Positions 25,851 through 38,693 of a stretch of 64,000 bases of DNA are shown piece by piece. The stretch comes from Octopus sinensis (lineage: Eukaryota). The stretch is taken from the NCBI RefSeq assembly GCF_006345805.1, contig NC_043007.1:44950001-45014000 (forward strand), given 5' to 3'. The translations under genes and the position numbers were made by a program. Positions within the stretch are counted from its first letter, which is position 1. Every line of letters starts with the position of its first letter. The notes under the pieces are model-generated. The model saw nothing but the letters and a program-made list of their open reading frames with translations, did not search any database and was not told the DNA's origin.

Positions 25851-26195
25851 CTTTATAATTAAGGTTCAGCTAAGATTTGCTTTACCACATACCGAAGTTT
25901 AGAAATAGCAGCCAAAAAACCTTAGCTATTTCTTCTACTTTAAAAAGGAACTCCCAGAAAAACCAAAATACTTGAAAACAATCCACGCAGGCAGAGAGGA
26001 AAAATAACGAAAATCAATCTATATCTTGGGTGACCAGATATAGATTGATTTTCGTTATTTTTCCTCTCTGCCTTTTGTATTTTGGTTTTTCTGGGAGTCC
26101 CTTTACAGTAGAAGAAATAGCTAAGGTTTTTTGGCTGCTATTTCTAAACTTTGGTATGCGGTAAAGCAAATCTTTGGTGAACCCTAATTATAAAG
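25851..26195. mobile_element. Fold-back element (near whole-length inverted repeat, 345 bp)
   Basis: Left arm ctttataattaaggttc..aatctatatcttgg, loop gtga (~26030-33), right arm ccagatatagatt..gaaccctaattataaag; flanked by TA; one ~15-20 nt indel between arms. Confidence 0.85.
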
Positions 26196-26199
26196 TATT

Positions 26200-26890
26200 A
26201 CTTAAGTTTACCGTGACATGGTCCTTTTTCATGCCGAATTCTACTTGGTGAAATTATTGATTACCTCTTAATTAATTAATTTTACCCTTTGTTATTATAT
26301 ATATAAATTATTAGAACATGTGTGAGATTCTTTGTACAGCTAGGTATATTTGAAAAAGGAAAAAGAATGACTTCACTGGTAGTTCTTATCAGTTTAATTT
26401 ATTATTTTAAAACTTTTTAATAGCATAAATTTTACACTTAAGTTCGTACGTCTCGTAAGTTCTTTGTTAACTTGGGTGGGGAGATTCTTTAACTTTTCTG
26501 GAGAACTCTTTCGCATTCGTTATCAAACGGATCTGGGGTTTGGGGTTTTGTTATTCTATACATATGGGATTTGGGTGTGTTTGGGGAAGAGTTGGGGTTT
26601 GTTAATCTGTGTGGCAGTGAAGGAGTGTTGACGAATGAGCTGAAAGAAGATGGTGAATGGTCAAAACAAGATACTTGATTGGGGGTGGGAGTGTTAAAGG
26701 CGTGTTTTATGAAGCCATTTGAATAGTTGACCTTTGGTGAGAAATGTCTTTCTAAATTCTGTTTTAGTAATTTTCTATTTTAGGTCTGGGTCTGCAGTGT
26801 TAATGGGGTGTAAGACCCATGTCTTTTGATAAAAATATTTGTTGATAGAAATGTTTTTTATATATTGGTCTGGGAAGAGATGAGGGGGAT
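26200..26890 (-). mobile_element. Decayed Penelope-like element fragment
   Basis: Minus strand ..ADPDLK*KITKTEFRKTFLTK/VNYSNGFIKHAFN resembles the Penelope RT C-terminal C(S/D)..L..GYP..FI region. Homolog at 27617-27990. Confidence 0.45.
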
Positions 26891-26957
26891 ATCGTACTAG
26901 CTCACATATTTCCTTCCTTACATATAATAAACAAAAAGTATATATACATCACTCCCG

Positions 26958-26959
<2 letters not shown>

Positions 26960-27032
<73 letters not shown>

Positions 27033-27059
27033 GTATATATATATGTATATATATGTATA

Positions 27060-27136
<77 letters not shown>

Positions 27137-27616
27137 TGTATCTACACACACACATATATAACTATACACACATGCACTGATATACTCATACATACACACA
27201 CATACATACCTACATACACATAAATATGTATATACATACACACGCATACACACATAAACATGTGAGTGTGTGTGTGTATGTGTATGTATTTGTGTATGTA
27301 TAAACATATGTATGTTTATGTAGGTATGTATGTGTATACAAACAGATTTATATATTTGTGTGTGTATGAATATACGTATGTATATATGTGTTTGTATATG
27401 TGTATGTGTGTATATGTATGCATGTACGCATTTATACGTGTGTGTATGTATAAATATATCCGTGCATGTGTGTGTGTATATATATATGTATATGTATATG
27501 CGTTTGTGTATATATATGTGTGTAGTAGGTATATGTGGTTTTATATATATATATATATATATGTGTGTTTGTGTGTGTGTGTGTGTGTGTACATGTGTAT
27601 ATGTATATATACATAT
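26960..27616. repeat. Microsatellite field (CT, TA, CA, TG mixtures)
   Basis: Direct reading. Confidence 0.9.
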
Positions 27617-27990
27617 TCATAAAACACTCCTTTAACACCCCACCACCTCCCATCTCACCTCCATTGAAGTATCTTGTTTTGACCATTCATAATTTTCTTT
27701 CAACTCTTATTCATCAACACTCTTTCACTCCCACACTGATTAACAAATCTCAACCCCACCCACCCCAAGCACATCCAAGTCCCATATGTATAGAATCACA
27801 AAGCACCAAACCCTCAGATCTGTTTGACAACGAATATGAGAATTTTCTCAAGAAAAGTTAACAAAGAATTTAAAAAAAATAATCTCCCCACCCAAGTTAA
27901 CAAAGAACTTATTAGATCTACAAACTAAAGCGTAAAATATATATTATTAAAAAATTAAAATAAATTAAACTGATTAGAATTACTAGTGAT
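27617..27990 (+). mobile_element. Second copy of the 26380-26720 segment, inverted
   Basis: tcataaaacac..aagtatcttgttttgaccattca..cccatatgtatagaat..atctccccacccaagttaacaaagaactta is the reverse complement of 26380-26720, diverged. Confidence 0.75.
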
Positions 27991-28008
27991 GTCATTTTAT
28001 TCTTTTTT

Positions 28009-28101
<93 letters not shown>

Positions 28102-28104
<3 letters not shown>

Positions 28105-28420
28105 GGAGCCGCAATGACCCAGTGGTTAGGGCAGCGGACTCGCGGTCGTAGGATCGCGGTTTCGATTCCCAGACCGGGTGTTGTGTGTGTTTATTGAGCG
28201 AAAACACCTAAAGCTCCACGAGACTCCGGCAGGAGGGTGGGGTGGCGATCCCTGATGTACTCTTTTGCTACAATTTTCTCTCACTCTTTCTTCTGTTGGC
28301 CTGCTCACTTAGCCAGCGGGGTGGCGACATTTGAAGGCTAAAACAATGCGAAGCACATTGTGACCAGCGATGTGTAGCAACATCTGATAGTCTGGTCGGT
28401 CACGGTGATCACGGTGATAT
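28102..28420 (+). mobile_element. tRNA-derived SINE, family C
   Basis: A box tgacccagtgg, B box ggtttcgattcc; homologous to 38948, 60208, 62242. Confidence 0.85.
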
Positions 28421-28428
28421 ATATATAT

Positions 28429-28471
<43 letters not shown>

Positions 28472-28549
28472 GCAATTATACAGATAAATAAATTAGGTAC
28501 CTTAATTATATTAAATATATCAAATATAATTGTTTAGGTGTATATATGT

Positions 28550-29100
28550 ATATACGCAAAATGAGAGAAAGGAAAAGGTGGAGACTTTCAAATGATGAAT
28601 TTTTAAGTATGAATACACGGATATTTATATTAATAGCTCAATCTTACAAAGAGTACAAACGGCAGAGAAAATTAAAGGGTGGTAAAATAGGATTATAAGT
28701 CCAGCAGCTGTTTCTTGAGGCTCAGTGATTCACAATAATGTTGGTAGATATGATTCATCTTAATATGTGGCCGTAATGGATACAATCAGCGTTGGATCAG
28801 GGAAGCCTCTGTTATCATCGTAGAGAAGAGCATACATTTCAGATCTTAATACAGAGAAGTTCAAAGATGGAATGATTGAATGTGGAGAGTTACCTATGTT
28901 AGAGGGGAGAAATGGAAAGGTCGGTGGGGTTATGGGGGGAAAGACAAAAGAATTGTGAGAGAAGAAAAGATAGTTTAGGAAGAGTGAGCGGTTCCTTTTC
29001 ATTGGGAGAGTCAGAATTATTAAATTTGAGGTTATAGTATAGAGCAAGCACTACTAAATGTCTTCTACACTGAGAATCATTAGATCTCATCTGTGGACGA
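28550..29100. repeat. Interspersed repeat, longer homolog of 1725-2035
   Basis: Mutual similarity; no diagnostic protein motif recovered. Confidence 0.6.
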
Positions 29101-29191
29101 TATACCTTTTGCTCGGCCGAGCGCTACATATAGATAACACTCACGGATAAGAAATTGTTGAGCACATCTACAAAGAATATTCCAATTACCA

Positions 29192-29597
29192 AGTGGTAAG
29201 TAGCTCGCTTACCAACCACATGGTTCCGGGCTCAGTCCCACTGTGCAGTACCTTGGGCAAATGTCTTCTACTATAGCCTCGGGCCGACCAAAGCATTGTG
29301 AGTGGATTTGGTAGACGGAAACTGAAAGAAGCCCGTCGTATATAAATGTATGTATGTGTGTATGTATGTGTGTATGTGTGTATATGTTTGTGTGTCTGTG
29401 TTTGTCCCCCAAACATCGCTTGACAATCGATGCTGGTGTGTTTACGTCCCCGTAACTTAGTGGTTCGGCAAAAGAGACCGATAGGATAAGTACTAGGCTT
29501 ACAAAGAATAAGTCCTGGGGTCGATTTGCTCGACTAAAGGCGGTGCTCCAGCATGGCCACAGCCAAATCACTGAAACAAGTAAAAGAGTAAAGAGTA
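29192..29597 (+). mobile_element. SINE family A
   Basis: Colinear with 17362-17753. Confidence 0.9.
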
Positions 29598-29674
29598 TTC
29601 CACCTAGGGATTTCTTACCTGGAACTCTTACTACACCGTTTTATCTATGTCGATAGAAAATATATATTCTTATG

Positions 29675-30074
29675 TTCTATTACTTGTTTGAGTCATTTTA
29701 GTGCGGCCATGCTGGAGCAAGACCTTGGAAAGTTCTTTTGTCGAAGAAATCGACCCCTGGACTTATTCTTTGTAAGCCTAGTACTTATTCAATCGGTGTC
29801 TTTTGCCAAACCGCTGGGTTACGGGGACGTAAACATACCAACATCGGTTGTCAAGTAATGCTTGGGGGACAAACACAGACACAAAGAGACGTGCATATAT
29901 ATACACATGTATATACGATAGGCTTCTTTCAGTTTCCGTCTACCAAATCCACTCACAAGGCTTTGGCCGGCTCATGGCTATAGTAGAAGACACTTGGCCA
30001 AGGTGTCACACAGTGGGACTGAACCCGGAACCATGTGGTTAAGAAACAACGTCTTACTACCACACAGCCACACC
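29675..30074 (-). mobile_element. SINE family A (antisense)
   Basis: Reverse complement colinear with 17362-17753 and 29192-29597. Confidence 0.9.
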
Positions 30075-30499
30075 TACCCTTTAGTTGATAGTATTTGCGC
30101 AGAGCAATACTGAATTTAAAATTTTAAAAAATATTTCTTGTAAAATGTTTTAGAAACAAACGATGTGTGTATTCCTTCCCTTCATTTATTTCTATGACAT
30201 TATTTAACTGGGGGAAAATCCCAGTTAATTAGAAAATTTCAAATAGTATTCCCTATAGCAAACGATGAAACACAATTTGTTTAAAATATCAGAATTCATC
30301 GGAAAATGTCGAATGAATAAAAAACAAATTCTTGGGAATATTCAAATAATTTTTTATATTAATAAAAATATTTTGCGCAAAATATTTCAGAATAATATCA
30401 TAATGTAGCCATTATTTTAAGGAAATAAAATTCAAAGAAATTCCTTGAAAACATAATTTCGCTGCGTTAAAAATTATCTTAAAAAAGAAAACAAAACAT

Positions 30500-30930
30500 T
30501 GTATATGCTGACATGTAGAGAGAACATGAACAGCAGAAGGTTTTCAGAGAAGCCCTACCAACTCATGCAAAGGTTTCGGCTTTTAGGAGCCAGGTCCGGT
30601 CGCATCCAGATCATGACTCATGGATACTCTTCTGAAACCACATTCTCCTACTGTTTGCAGCGCACCGCGAACCATTCTGGGTGGTTAAAGTGCCCCTGAG
30701 CGAAGTTACCTTGGACGTCGTGACCCATTCGGTCTGAGACACCAGTTGACTGTAGGGTGAATTATGTCTCCTGAAATTTAAATTTATTTTCCTTTTTGAC
30801 CAAACCCAGTTGCAACTCTTCTCAGCTGCTTCTGTCATTAATTTAAGACCTCTGGTTATCTTTCTCCCTGAATCTGAGAGCTGTTTCATGCGATCATAGA
30901 CTTAGAGTAAGGCATGAATATCCATCATCG
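30500..30930 (-). mobile_element. Possible 3' end of a HERO-like (RLE) non-LTR retrotransposon
   Basis: Minus ORF MKQLSDSGRKITRGLKLMTEAAEKSCNWVWSKRK resembles the HERO C-terminal EAAE(K/R).S.WLW.(K/R)R motif. Confidence 0.45.
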
Positions 30931-30959
30931 CTGATGATCTATTTGTTTGGAGAATCGTC

Positions 30960-31300
30960 AAGCTTGCTCAAGTCAAAAGAGCAGACATAGAGCGGATACA
31001 GAAACAGTCATTAGAAGAACTAGACTTTTCAGACGTCATTTAAATATAACAGCGATAGGAGTAAAAAACGGCTACAGGGTTAACGCTGAAAAGATGCGGC
31101 AATTTCAAAGTGATGACCCTGATTTTGGCATGGTTGAAAATCATATACTGAATGAAGTGAAAAGTCCCATGTATCTAGAAAGTGTGGTGTCTGCAGCTGG
31201 AGGAAGAATAGAAGACGTGGAAGAGGAACTTAGAGAAGGCAAGTCAAAACTTCAACATTTTAAAGTCTGTCTGAAAGGCAAAAGCGCTATATTAAGCTGA
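30960..31300 (+). mobile_element. RTE-clade reverse transcriptase fragment
   Basis: SLEELDFSDVI (LEDLDFADDI-like), then GYRVNAEK..ILNEVKSPMYLESVVSAAGGRIEDVEE (GL.IN.EKT..YLGS...GG..DV thumb motif). Confidence 0.6.
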
Positions 31301-31319
31301 GAATTTCAGTAGCAAAGCC

Positions 31320-31790
31320 AAATCTGTCTTGCAATGTAGTGCCGAGCAATGGAAGAGTCAAGAAATATTTGTTCAGTATATAGAAATAAAGCTTTAAGTG
31401 TCCAGACAGGCCATCGATGGTTTAGCCACTTTCATCGGGGAAATTTTTCTCTTGCAGATTTCCCTCGATCAGAATGATCAAGATATGTCGATACTGAACT
31501 TCTGAAAGCCATTGTTGAGGAAAATCCAAAGAAAAATGTACGAAAATTAGTAAAACAGTTCAAATCAAGTCACACTTCAATCATAAAATTACCTTTATGA
31601 ACTTGGAGAAATGTCTAAACTTAGTCAGTGGATCCCTCGTCCTCTGGTCGCCTCTCTGCTTGATCAAAGTGTTTTCCTCTGCTCTGAGAAATCCGGGAAT
31701 CCAAGTTCAACGTTGTTGCTTCTTTACACCAAAAAATCAAAACCGTTGGTAGAGATTCCTCCGGAAAATATGTTTCCAAAGGTGCGTTAA
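31320..31790 (+). mobile_element. Internally deleted mariner remnant
   Basis: RNICSVYRNKALSVQTGHRWFSHFHRGNFSLADFPRS..VDTELLKAIVEENPKKNVRKL..KLSQWIPR (HTH and WVPH-like motif). Confidence 0.7.
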
Positions 31791-32642
31791 TAATTCGCTC
31801 CACTGATTCTCATTTTTTTCTAGTTTTAGATAAATCAGTTAAATTTAAAGGCAAACTTATAAAACATGTCTTAAATACAGCAGTGACCCGACAGTTTGCT
31901 TGGAACAGCAAATCAATTTTTCATCCATTCAACACAATTCTCATAAATGTTAAATAAAGTTCATTAGTTGCATCTAATTACATAGCATGTAATTACCCCG
32001 AATTATATTTAGCGTAACAAGAAAGTGCCATTTCAAAATGTAATTTTAATGCTAAGAATTATTTTTACAATTACTTCTCGCTCACCATTTTACACCTCAA
32101 AACAAGGGAATGATTTACAATAATTTCTCGCATCAATTTTCATGTAAGACTCTCTTGGCAGCGTTGATGTGTAGAACAGTTGCAAGTTTCATTTAATAGA
32201 CAATCTTAGAAGGAAATTTATTCTGTTGCATGAGAACTTGCTAAATGAAGAAATTGGCAAATGCATTTTACAAGAATCAACTTTGGATTATATAATTTCG
32301 TATGCGAGTAGAGAGAATTATTAAAGCCACCAAAGGCTTGAAGTTCCACCAATTGCAATAACAAAACAGTTTTTAGTATTAATTTTCACATTACTCAGCA
32401 ACATTTTTACGACTCGATAGATTTCAGCCGTATGTTATGGCTACAGAAACTAACCTTAACAATTGTGATACAATTTATTTATTTATTTATTTTTGTAATA
32501 ACTGTTAATTCTTTCCACTCATAATACTTGTTGACTCATCGAAAATCAAAAGATTATGATATCATTTACGTTTTTAATTTGTTCTTTCAGTAAGAATGGT
32601 GTAATAACGTTTATTTTAAAAGAGCCGTGTATTTTTATTATA

Positions 32643-34246
32643 CAGTGGCGGCCAAAATGTTCAGAACGGCATTGCTTTCGTCAGAAAAGTAGATATAATT
32701 TTTTGTCAAAGTTGTTTTATATTCTATAATTTTCACAGACAATAAATACGATATTATTTGTTATTGCCTGAGATTTTGGTGTAATTTGAGAGGATAATAC
32801 AAAAGTTATGGATGAATTAATGATTTACTGCAAAACCCATGGCGGCCAAAATGATCAGAACGGTTACTTTTACTCCGTGTTTTAGTATATTTAACCGGCG
32901 AACTCTAATCTTTTGAATTTGCTTACGTGACAGTTAGTTTACTAAACATTAGTAAGAATATTTGCAGTGTACTTTGTTAATATAATACCACTTACTCCGT
33001 TACCAATTCGTCAGCAGATTATTAAGCTTCGAAGGAAGGATAATTTAAGTATTGGATCTATTGCAAAGATTGTTAACAAGTCAAAAAGTGTTGTACACGG
33101 TATTCTTAAGGTCTACAATGATTGTGGTTCGTGTGAAGCAAGAAAGTTTACAGGTAGGCCAAGAAAAACGACCAAGAGAGAAGATTGTGCTATGGTAAAG
33201 TTGGTTAAAAAGGACAGATTTAAAACTGCTGCTGCTGTTTCTCGGAAAATGAGCATTGTATTGAAGAAAACTTTATCTCGAAAAACTGTGTCTCGTCGTT
33301 TAGTTGAACAGTGAAGCCACTGATCAGCTCCAAGAATAAAAAGTGTCATTTTATCTTTGCAACCGAACATGTGTTGTGGTCTCAAGAAAAATGGCAAACG
33401 GTGCATTTCAGTGATGAATCTAAGTTTATGTTATTTGGCTCAGATGGGAAAAGGTACGTTCGTAGAAAAGTAGGTGAAAAATTGTCGCCTAAATGCCTTA
33501 AGACTAGTGTTAAATTCGGTGGAGGAAGTCTCATGGTTTGGGGGATGATATCTGGAGATGGTGTGGACCCTTTGGTGCGATTACATGGAAAGGTAAATGC
33601 AGGAGTTTATAAACAACTTGTAAAAGATCATGTCTTGCCTGTGCTGAGAAATTCAACTAAGCGACCACCCATATTCATGCAGGACAATGCCCCATGTCAC
33701 AAGGCTAAGGTGGTCATGAACTTCGTCAAGACTGAAAAGGTTATTGTTATGGATTGACCTGCTCAAAGCCCAGATCTCAATCCTATTAAAAATGTACGGA
33801 ATATTCTAGGAGAACGTTCGAAATCCAGAAATCCTAAAACAACTGAGCAATTATGGAATGCCCTTCAGGAAGAATGGAATAAGATCACCCAGCAAGAAAT
33901 TGAAAATTTAATTTCCTCATGCAGTCGAAGATGTCAGAGTGTGATTGAAACTAATGGGCTTCACACTAAATATTAAATAATTCCAGTATTCTCTGTCATT
34001 TTTGATTATTTTGTTATTTTTTCAACCGTTCTGATCATTTTGGCCGCCATGGGTTTTGCAGTAAATCACTAAATCATCCATAACTTTTGTATTATCCTCT
34101 CCAATTACACTAAAATCTCAGACAATAACAAGTAATATTGTATTTATTGTCTGTGAAAATTATAGAATATAAAACTACTTTGATAAAAACTTATACTTAC
34201 TTTTCTGACGAAAACAATGCCGTTCTGAACATTTTGGCTGCAACTG
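32643..34246 (+). mobile_element. Full-length Tc1-family transposon, IR/DR type (1604 bp)
   Basis: TA TSD 32641-42 and 34247-48; ~223-bp TIRs (32643-32865, 34024-34246), each with outer and inner direct repeat tggcggccaaaatg(t/a)tcagaacgg. Confidence 0.97.
32990..33976 (+). pseudogene. Tc1 transposase, DD34E, inactivated
   Basis: Paired-like HTH with GRPRKTT, FSDESKF, FGGGSLMVWG, MQDNAPCH, *PAQSPDLNPIK. Deletion/frameshift near 33312, W->TGA at 33755-57, catalytic E->K (AAA) at 33788-90. Confidence 0.95.
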
Positions 34247-34643
34247 TATACGGTTTCAAATCGATTGTAATTAACGATGAAAGTGTCCCTTTTATTAAAA
34301 AATTCTCTTAGATGTTTGGCACCATGAACAACTTGCATATCAAGCAACTGTCGTTTTTAATTTTGTTATTTTGGTACTGAAAAAAAAAAGATATCCAGAA
34401 AAACTCTACTATGATAGTTTGTTGCGTGATTAAATTTATAACAGCAATAGTTGCCATGTTTGACTGAAGAAGCCTTCTTTGTGAAATCTGTTTTATGAGA
34501 TCGCATTACACAATTTATATAATTTATTTCTGTCGTGTTTCATTTTTTTTTTCGCCCAAATTCAAACCTGTGGATAAATTATCCAGAATGCTTAATCATT
34601 TTATCGTAGGTTGACCATCTTTTGCTCAATACGCGTAATTAGT

Positions 34644-34832
34644 GGTTTTAAATTTTGGCACAAGTCTAGCAATTTTGTGGGCGGGAGTAAGCCGAATGCA
34701 TTGACCCCAGTACCCGAAAAGAATGAAAGACGAAGTCAACAGCAGCAGAATTTGAACGCGGAACGTAAAGACAGACGAAACGTCTTTAAGCATGTTTTCC
34801 CAGCGTGCTAACGATTCAGCTAGCTCGCCGCC
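34644..34832 (-). mobile_element. SINE family B
   Basis: aaattttggcacaag..tttgaacgcggaacgt..gctaacgattcagctagctcgccgcc. Confidence 0.8.
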
Positions 34833-35189
34833 CCTAAGAATAGACATAATTATTGAAATCTTAAAGGTTTATTTAAAAGCATTACTTAGCTTGTTCAGGC
34901 TTCGGTAATACTTGAGGTGTGACTCTGTCAAATAAACTGGAAATGGCACCATCGACTCAAGAATCAACCAAGCAACTTCACGTGCTTGAGTAACTGCTAC
35001 CATCAAGTTTCAGTTGACTTCTTTTTTTATTCTAGAGAGCTTGTTTAGGGTCACTTCATTAACCAATAAATTTTGTTGATTAATCAAATATATCATTAGT
35101 ATATATTTTAAAATTTGATAGAAAAGCAATGGATCATAGCTTACTTGATAAATTTTGAAAGAGTCCTCAAAATAGAATAAAGGGTAAAG

Positions 35190-35480
35190 ACCCCCTTCAG
35201 TCACACATGACCATGGGATTGTACCTAGAAAATTCCACTCTGAGGCACACGTCCGGGCAAGCTTGTTTGTGGAAGACCAACAATCGCCATACCAGTTTCC
35301 CTCTCCACGCCACCAATGTTTATCCAAGGAAAAGGCAAAGGCCAATACAGCTTAGCACCAGTGACGTCGCAATTCATTTCTACGGCTGAGTGAATTGGAG
35401 CAACGTGAAATAAAATGTTTTGCTCAGGAACTCAACACACAGCCCAGTCCATGAATCGAACTCACAACCACATTATTAAA
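35190..35480 (-). mobile_element. SINE family D
   Basis: Reverse complement matches 47393-47696 (gagcaacgtgaaataaaatg, acagctgagtg-like core). Confidence 0.75.
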
Positions 35481-36429
35481 GTCCAATACTCTAAAAAAAA
35501 AATAATAATAATTGGCAGTCTTGAAATGTAACACAATTCTGCACATGTAGCCCAATTTAGCAGACTTGACGTGCTCAAACATTCACACATATTTTGTCAT
35601 ACCTTATGGTTATGTCTTTGGGTAGGTCAGGCTAAAAGCATCAGAAAACAAACTTTTTATCATATCTTCTGACTGGATATAGAACACTCAATGCCCGTGT
35701 GTGCACTTGCTACTCGTCTGTTTCTCATGGTAACCAACCTTTTGCTTGCTGTTTGAAAGCCAAGCGGTCGCTTTTACTGTGCAGCGACATCTGGCAGCTG
35801 TGAACTACACCATTTTGCGGCACTTATTTACAGCTAGATGGAACTAATGAAAGAATTACTACACGGTTGTTAGAGTTATTAGATATAGCACTGAAATCCT
35901 CTTCAAATCGTACCCTATAAAGTAAATGCGACGTATAATTATAATGTAGTTTTGTTTACACACTGGTACAATAAAAGCAAAACAAAAAACTAGACGAGCG
36001 GGTCATGGCCTGAAGGCCCGAATGTTATGGATGAAGGTTTATGTGGATGGAAATAACTAACAATAAAACAAAACAACATACATCTAGGAACAGTGGACCG
36101 CCGGGTTAACTCGTCATATATCACTGATACAGTGTGGGCTGGAGCAATGGGAAATGAAGTGTTTTGGCAAGAACACAGCGCATTACTCGATATGAGAATC
36201 GAAACCATGATATCCGACGGTGAGTTCAATATTCTATTCATTAAGTCACCTGCCTTCACATTGTTCTGTATGGCGTTGTTTCCTCCAGGAAGCAGTCAAT
36301 TCTTTCTTGACTAAAGTGGAATCTGAGCCTTCCCTTTTGACTTAAAAAGTTATATGAGAAAAACCCCTCTAAGTATGGAATTCATAACCCCTCACAGGAA
36401 ATAAGGGATATTTGATAACATACTATACT

Positions 36430-36600
36430 GGTGTGATTGTGTGGTAATAGGTTTGCTTCTAACCACATAGTTCTGGGTTCAATCCTACTGCGTGGAACTT
36501 TGGGTAGGTGTCTACTCGTACGATAACTCCAAGCCGACCAAACGTTGTGAGTGAAATTCGGCAGACGGAAATTGAAAGAAACGCGTCGTAAGCACACACG
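36430..36600 (+). mobile_element. SINE family A, 5' part
   Basis: Head and gtagacggaaa..gaaagaa block as in 17362. Confidence 0.7.
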
Positions 36601-36619
36601 TACACACATGCGTGCATAT

Positions 36620-37310
36620 ACAAGGTGCATTCCGGAAGAGTTGGCTTCAAAGCATTTGTAACGCTCCAGTGACTTTGTGAAGGTCTCTTGGAGGTACTCC
36701 AAAGTGAAGGTGTCGCTTGGACCCTTGTCACAACCTCCTTCATCCCAATATTTTCAAAACGACTGCCTCTTTTCACCAGCTCGGAGAACAACTAAAGGTT
36801 ATAGAGAGCAAGTTCTGGACTATAGGCAGAGTAAGGAATAGTTTTGATGCCCACCCATCTCATGGAGTTGATTACTAGGATAAAATTGTAGACTGCTGCG
36901 TTGTCCTGGTGTAGGTGTCAGCGACACATGTGGAAAAGTTCTGGCCTTTTGCGATGAAGGAAATCTCTTCCTGAACTCCCTCAAGACCGCCACAAATTAC
37001 CCAGTGAATGTAGACGATGTTCTTGCTATCGAAAAGGGACCATAATGGAGCTTCCTGGTAGACTTTCTTTGCCTAACCACCTTGGTCTTGGGGAACCAGG
37101 ATGCGTCCCATTGGGCATATTGTTTCTTGGTCTCTTCATCTATCAGTAGAACCAGCTTTCGTTACAGGTTATCAGAAACTCAATTATTCGCGGATTGGAG
37201 GTAATGAGCTCAAATACCTCCCTGATGTCACCAACGCGTCTTTCCTTCTGTTCGTCACTGAGTACCCTGGGAACAAACTGAACAAATTTTGCACGTATTC
37301 ATCTCTTCAT
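36620..37310 (-). mobile_element. Decayed mariner remnant
   Basis: Minus strand HLHQDNAAVY..TIPYSAYSPELALYNL*LFSELVKRGSRFENI, corresponding to QDNA..YSPDLAP.DF.LF..LK..L.G.RF. Confidence 0.75.
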
Positions 37311-37876
37311 GAATAATTCTATGTATAGTTGCCACATCAATTCCAAGCTGAATGCTTATTGCCTTTATAGACACACGATGGTCTTAATTCAGAAAATAGC
37401 AAATTACCTCAACCAGTTCTGATTTTCTGATACCCTCCCCCCACCTCTCGTCGTCTATCACCTTCTCTCTACAGTTCTTGACTCATTTGTTCTAGATAAA
37501 AACAGATGCTAGGTTCAGACAAGTTGATACATAAGCCGTCTGGAGCATTTCACAGTTTTCTGTAGCGTTTTCCCAGTTTAACACAAAACTTTATTGCATA
37601 GTGCGCTTCCAAACTGTCTTCACACCCCAACTGCATTCTAAAAACTAGTCAGGTGTGACAAGTAATGTTTAGAAAGATGTGTTCAAAGTGCTGTTACAAC
37701 CATCTCCTTCTATCTGGAACAAAATAGTTGGCAGGTCAGCTTATTAGATGTATCATAATGATAAACTAAAATTACAATAATCTAGAACTGTTATAACTGC
37801 CTCACTTAAAAAGTTCTCAAAATTTCTGGAATGCACCTCGATATGTATGTATGTATGTATGTTTGTATGTATGTGT

Positions 37877-38185
37877 GAAGGCGCGTGGCTTAGTGGTTAG
37901 GGCATTCGGCTCACGATCGTAAGGTCGTGAGTTCGATTCCGGGTGATGCATTGTGTCCTTGAGCAAGACACTTTATTTCACGTTGCTCCAGTCCACTCAG
38001 TTATACCTGTATTTCAAAGGGCCGGCCTTGTCACGCTCTGTGTCACGCGGAGTCTCCCTGAAAACTATGTTAGGGGTACGCACGTCTGTGGATTGCTAAG
38101 TCACTTGCAATTTAATTTCACCAGCAGGCTGTTCCGTTGATCGTATCAGCTGGGACCCTCGTCGTCGTAACTGACGGAGTGCTCT
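37877..38185 (+). mobile_element. tRNA-derived SINE, family D
   Basis: A box tggcttagtgg, B box gagttcgattcc; flanked by (TATG)n. Confidence 0.85.
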
Positions 38186-38397
38186 TATGTATGTATGTAT
38201 GAATGTATGTATGTATGTATGTATGTATGAATGTATGTATGTATGTATGTATGTACGTAAGTATGTATGTATAGAATGTACACATTTTTCGCCGAGCTCA
38301 AGAGTCATACAAGGGCCTCACATTGCATCATCAATCACTCATTTCAATGATTCTTTCTAGCAATGACTTTGCTCGGTTGCGAGAAAGCAGCAACTAT

Positions 38398-38466
<69 letters not shown>

Positions 38467-38661
38467 ACGTGTGTATGGACGCAAATAAATCGGTCTTGGA
38501 TTATTTACGTCCACGTACCTGAGCGCTTTACAAAAGATACCGGCAGATTAAGTACCAAGCTTAGAAATAAATACTAGGGGCGAGTTGTTCGACTGAAACC
38601 CTTCATGGCGGTGTCCGAGTATGGTCGGAGTCCAATGACTGAAACTAGTAAAAGATAAAAG

Positions 38662-38693
<32 letters not shown>

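Noticed and set aside
22842-34246. TnpB/Fanzor or other cargo inside the mariner and Tc1 elements
   Set aside because: Both elements are fully accounted for by TIRs plus transposase; no RuvC-like ORF. The 188-aa ORF 23800-24366 is an antisense by-product.
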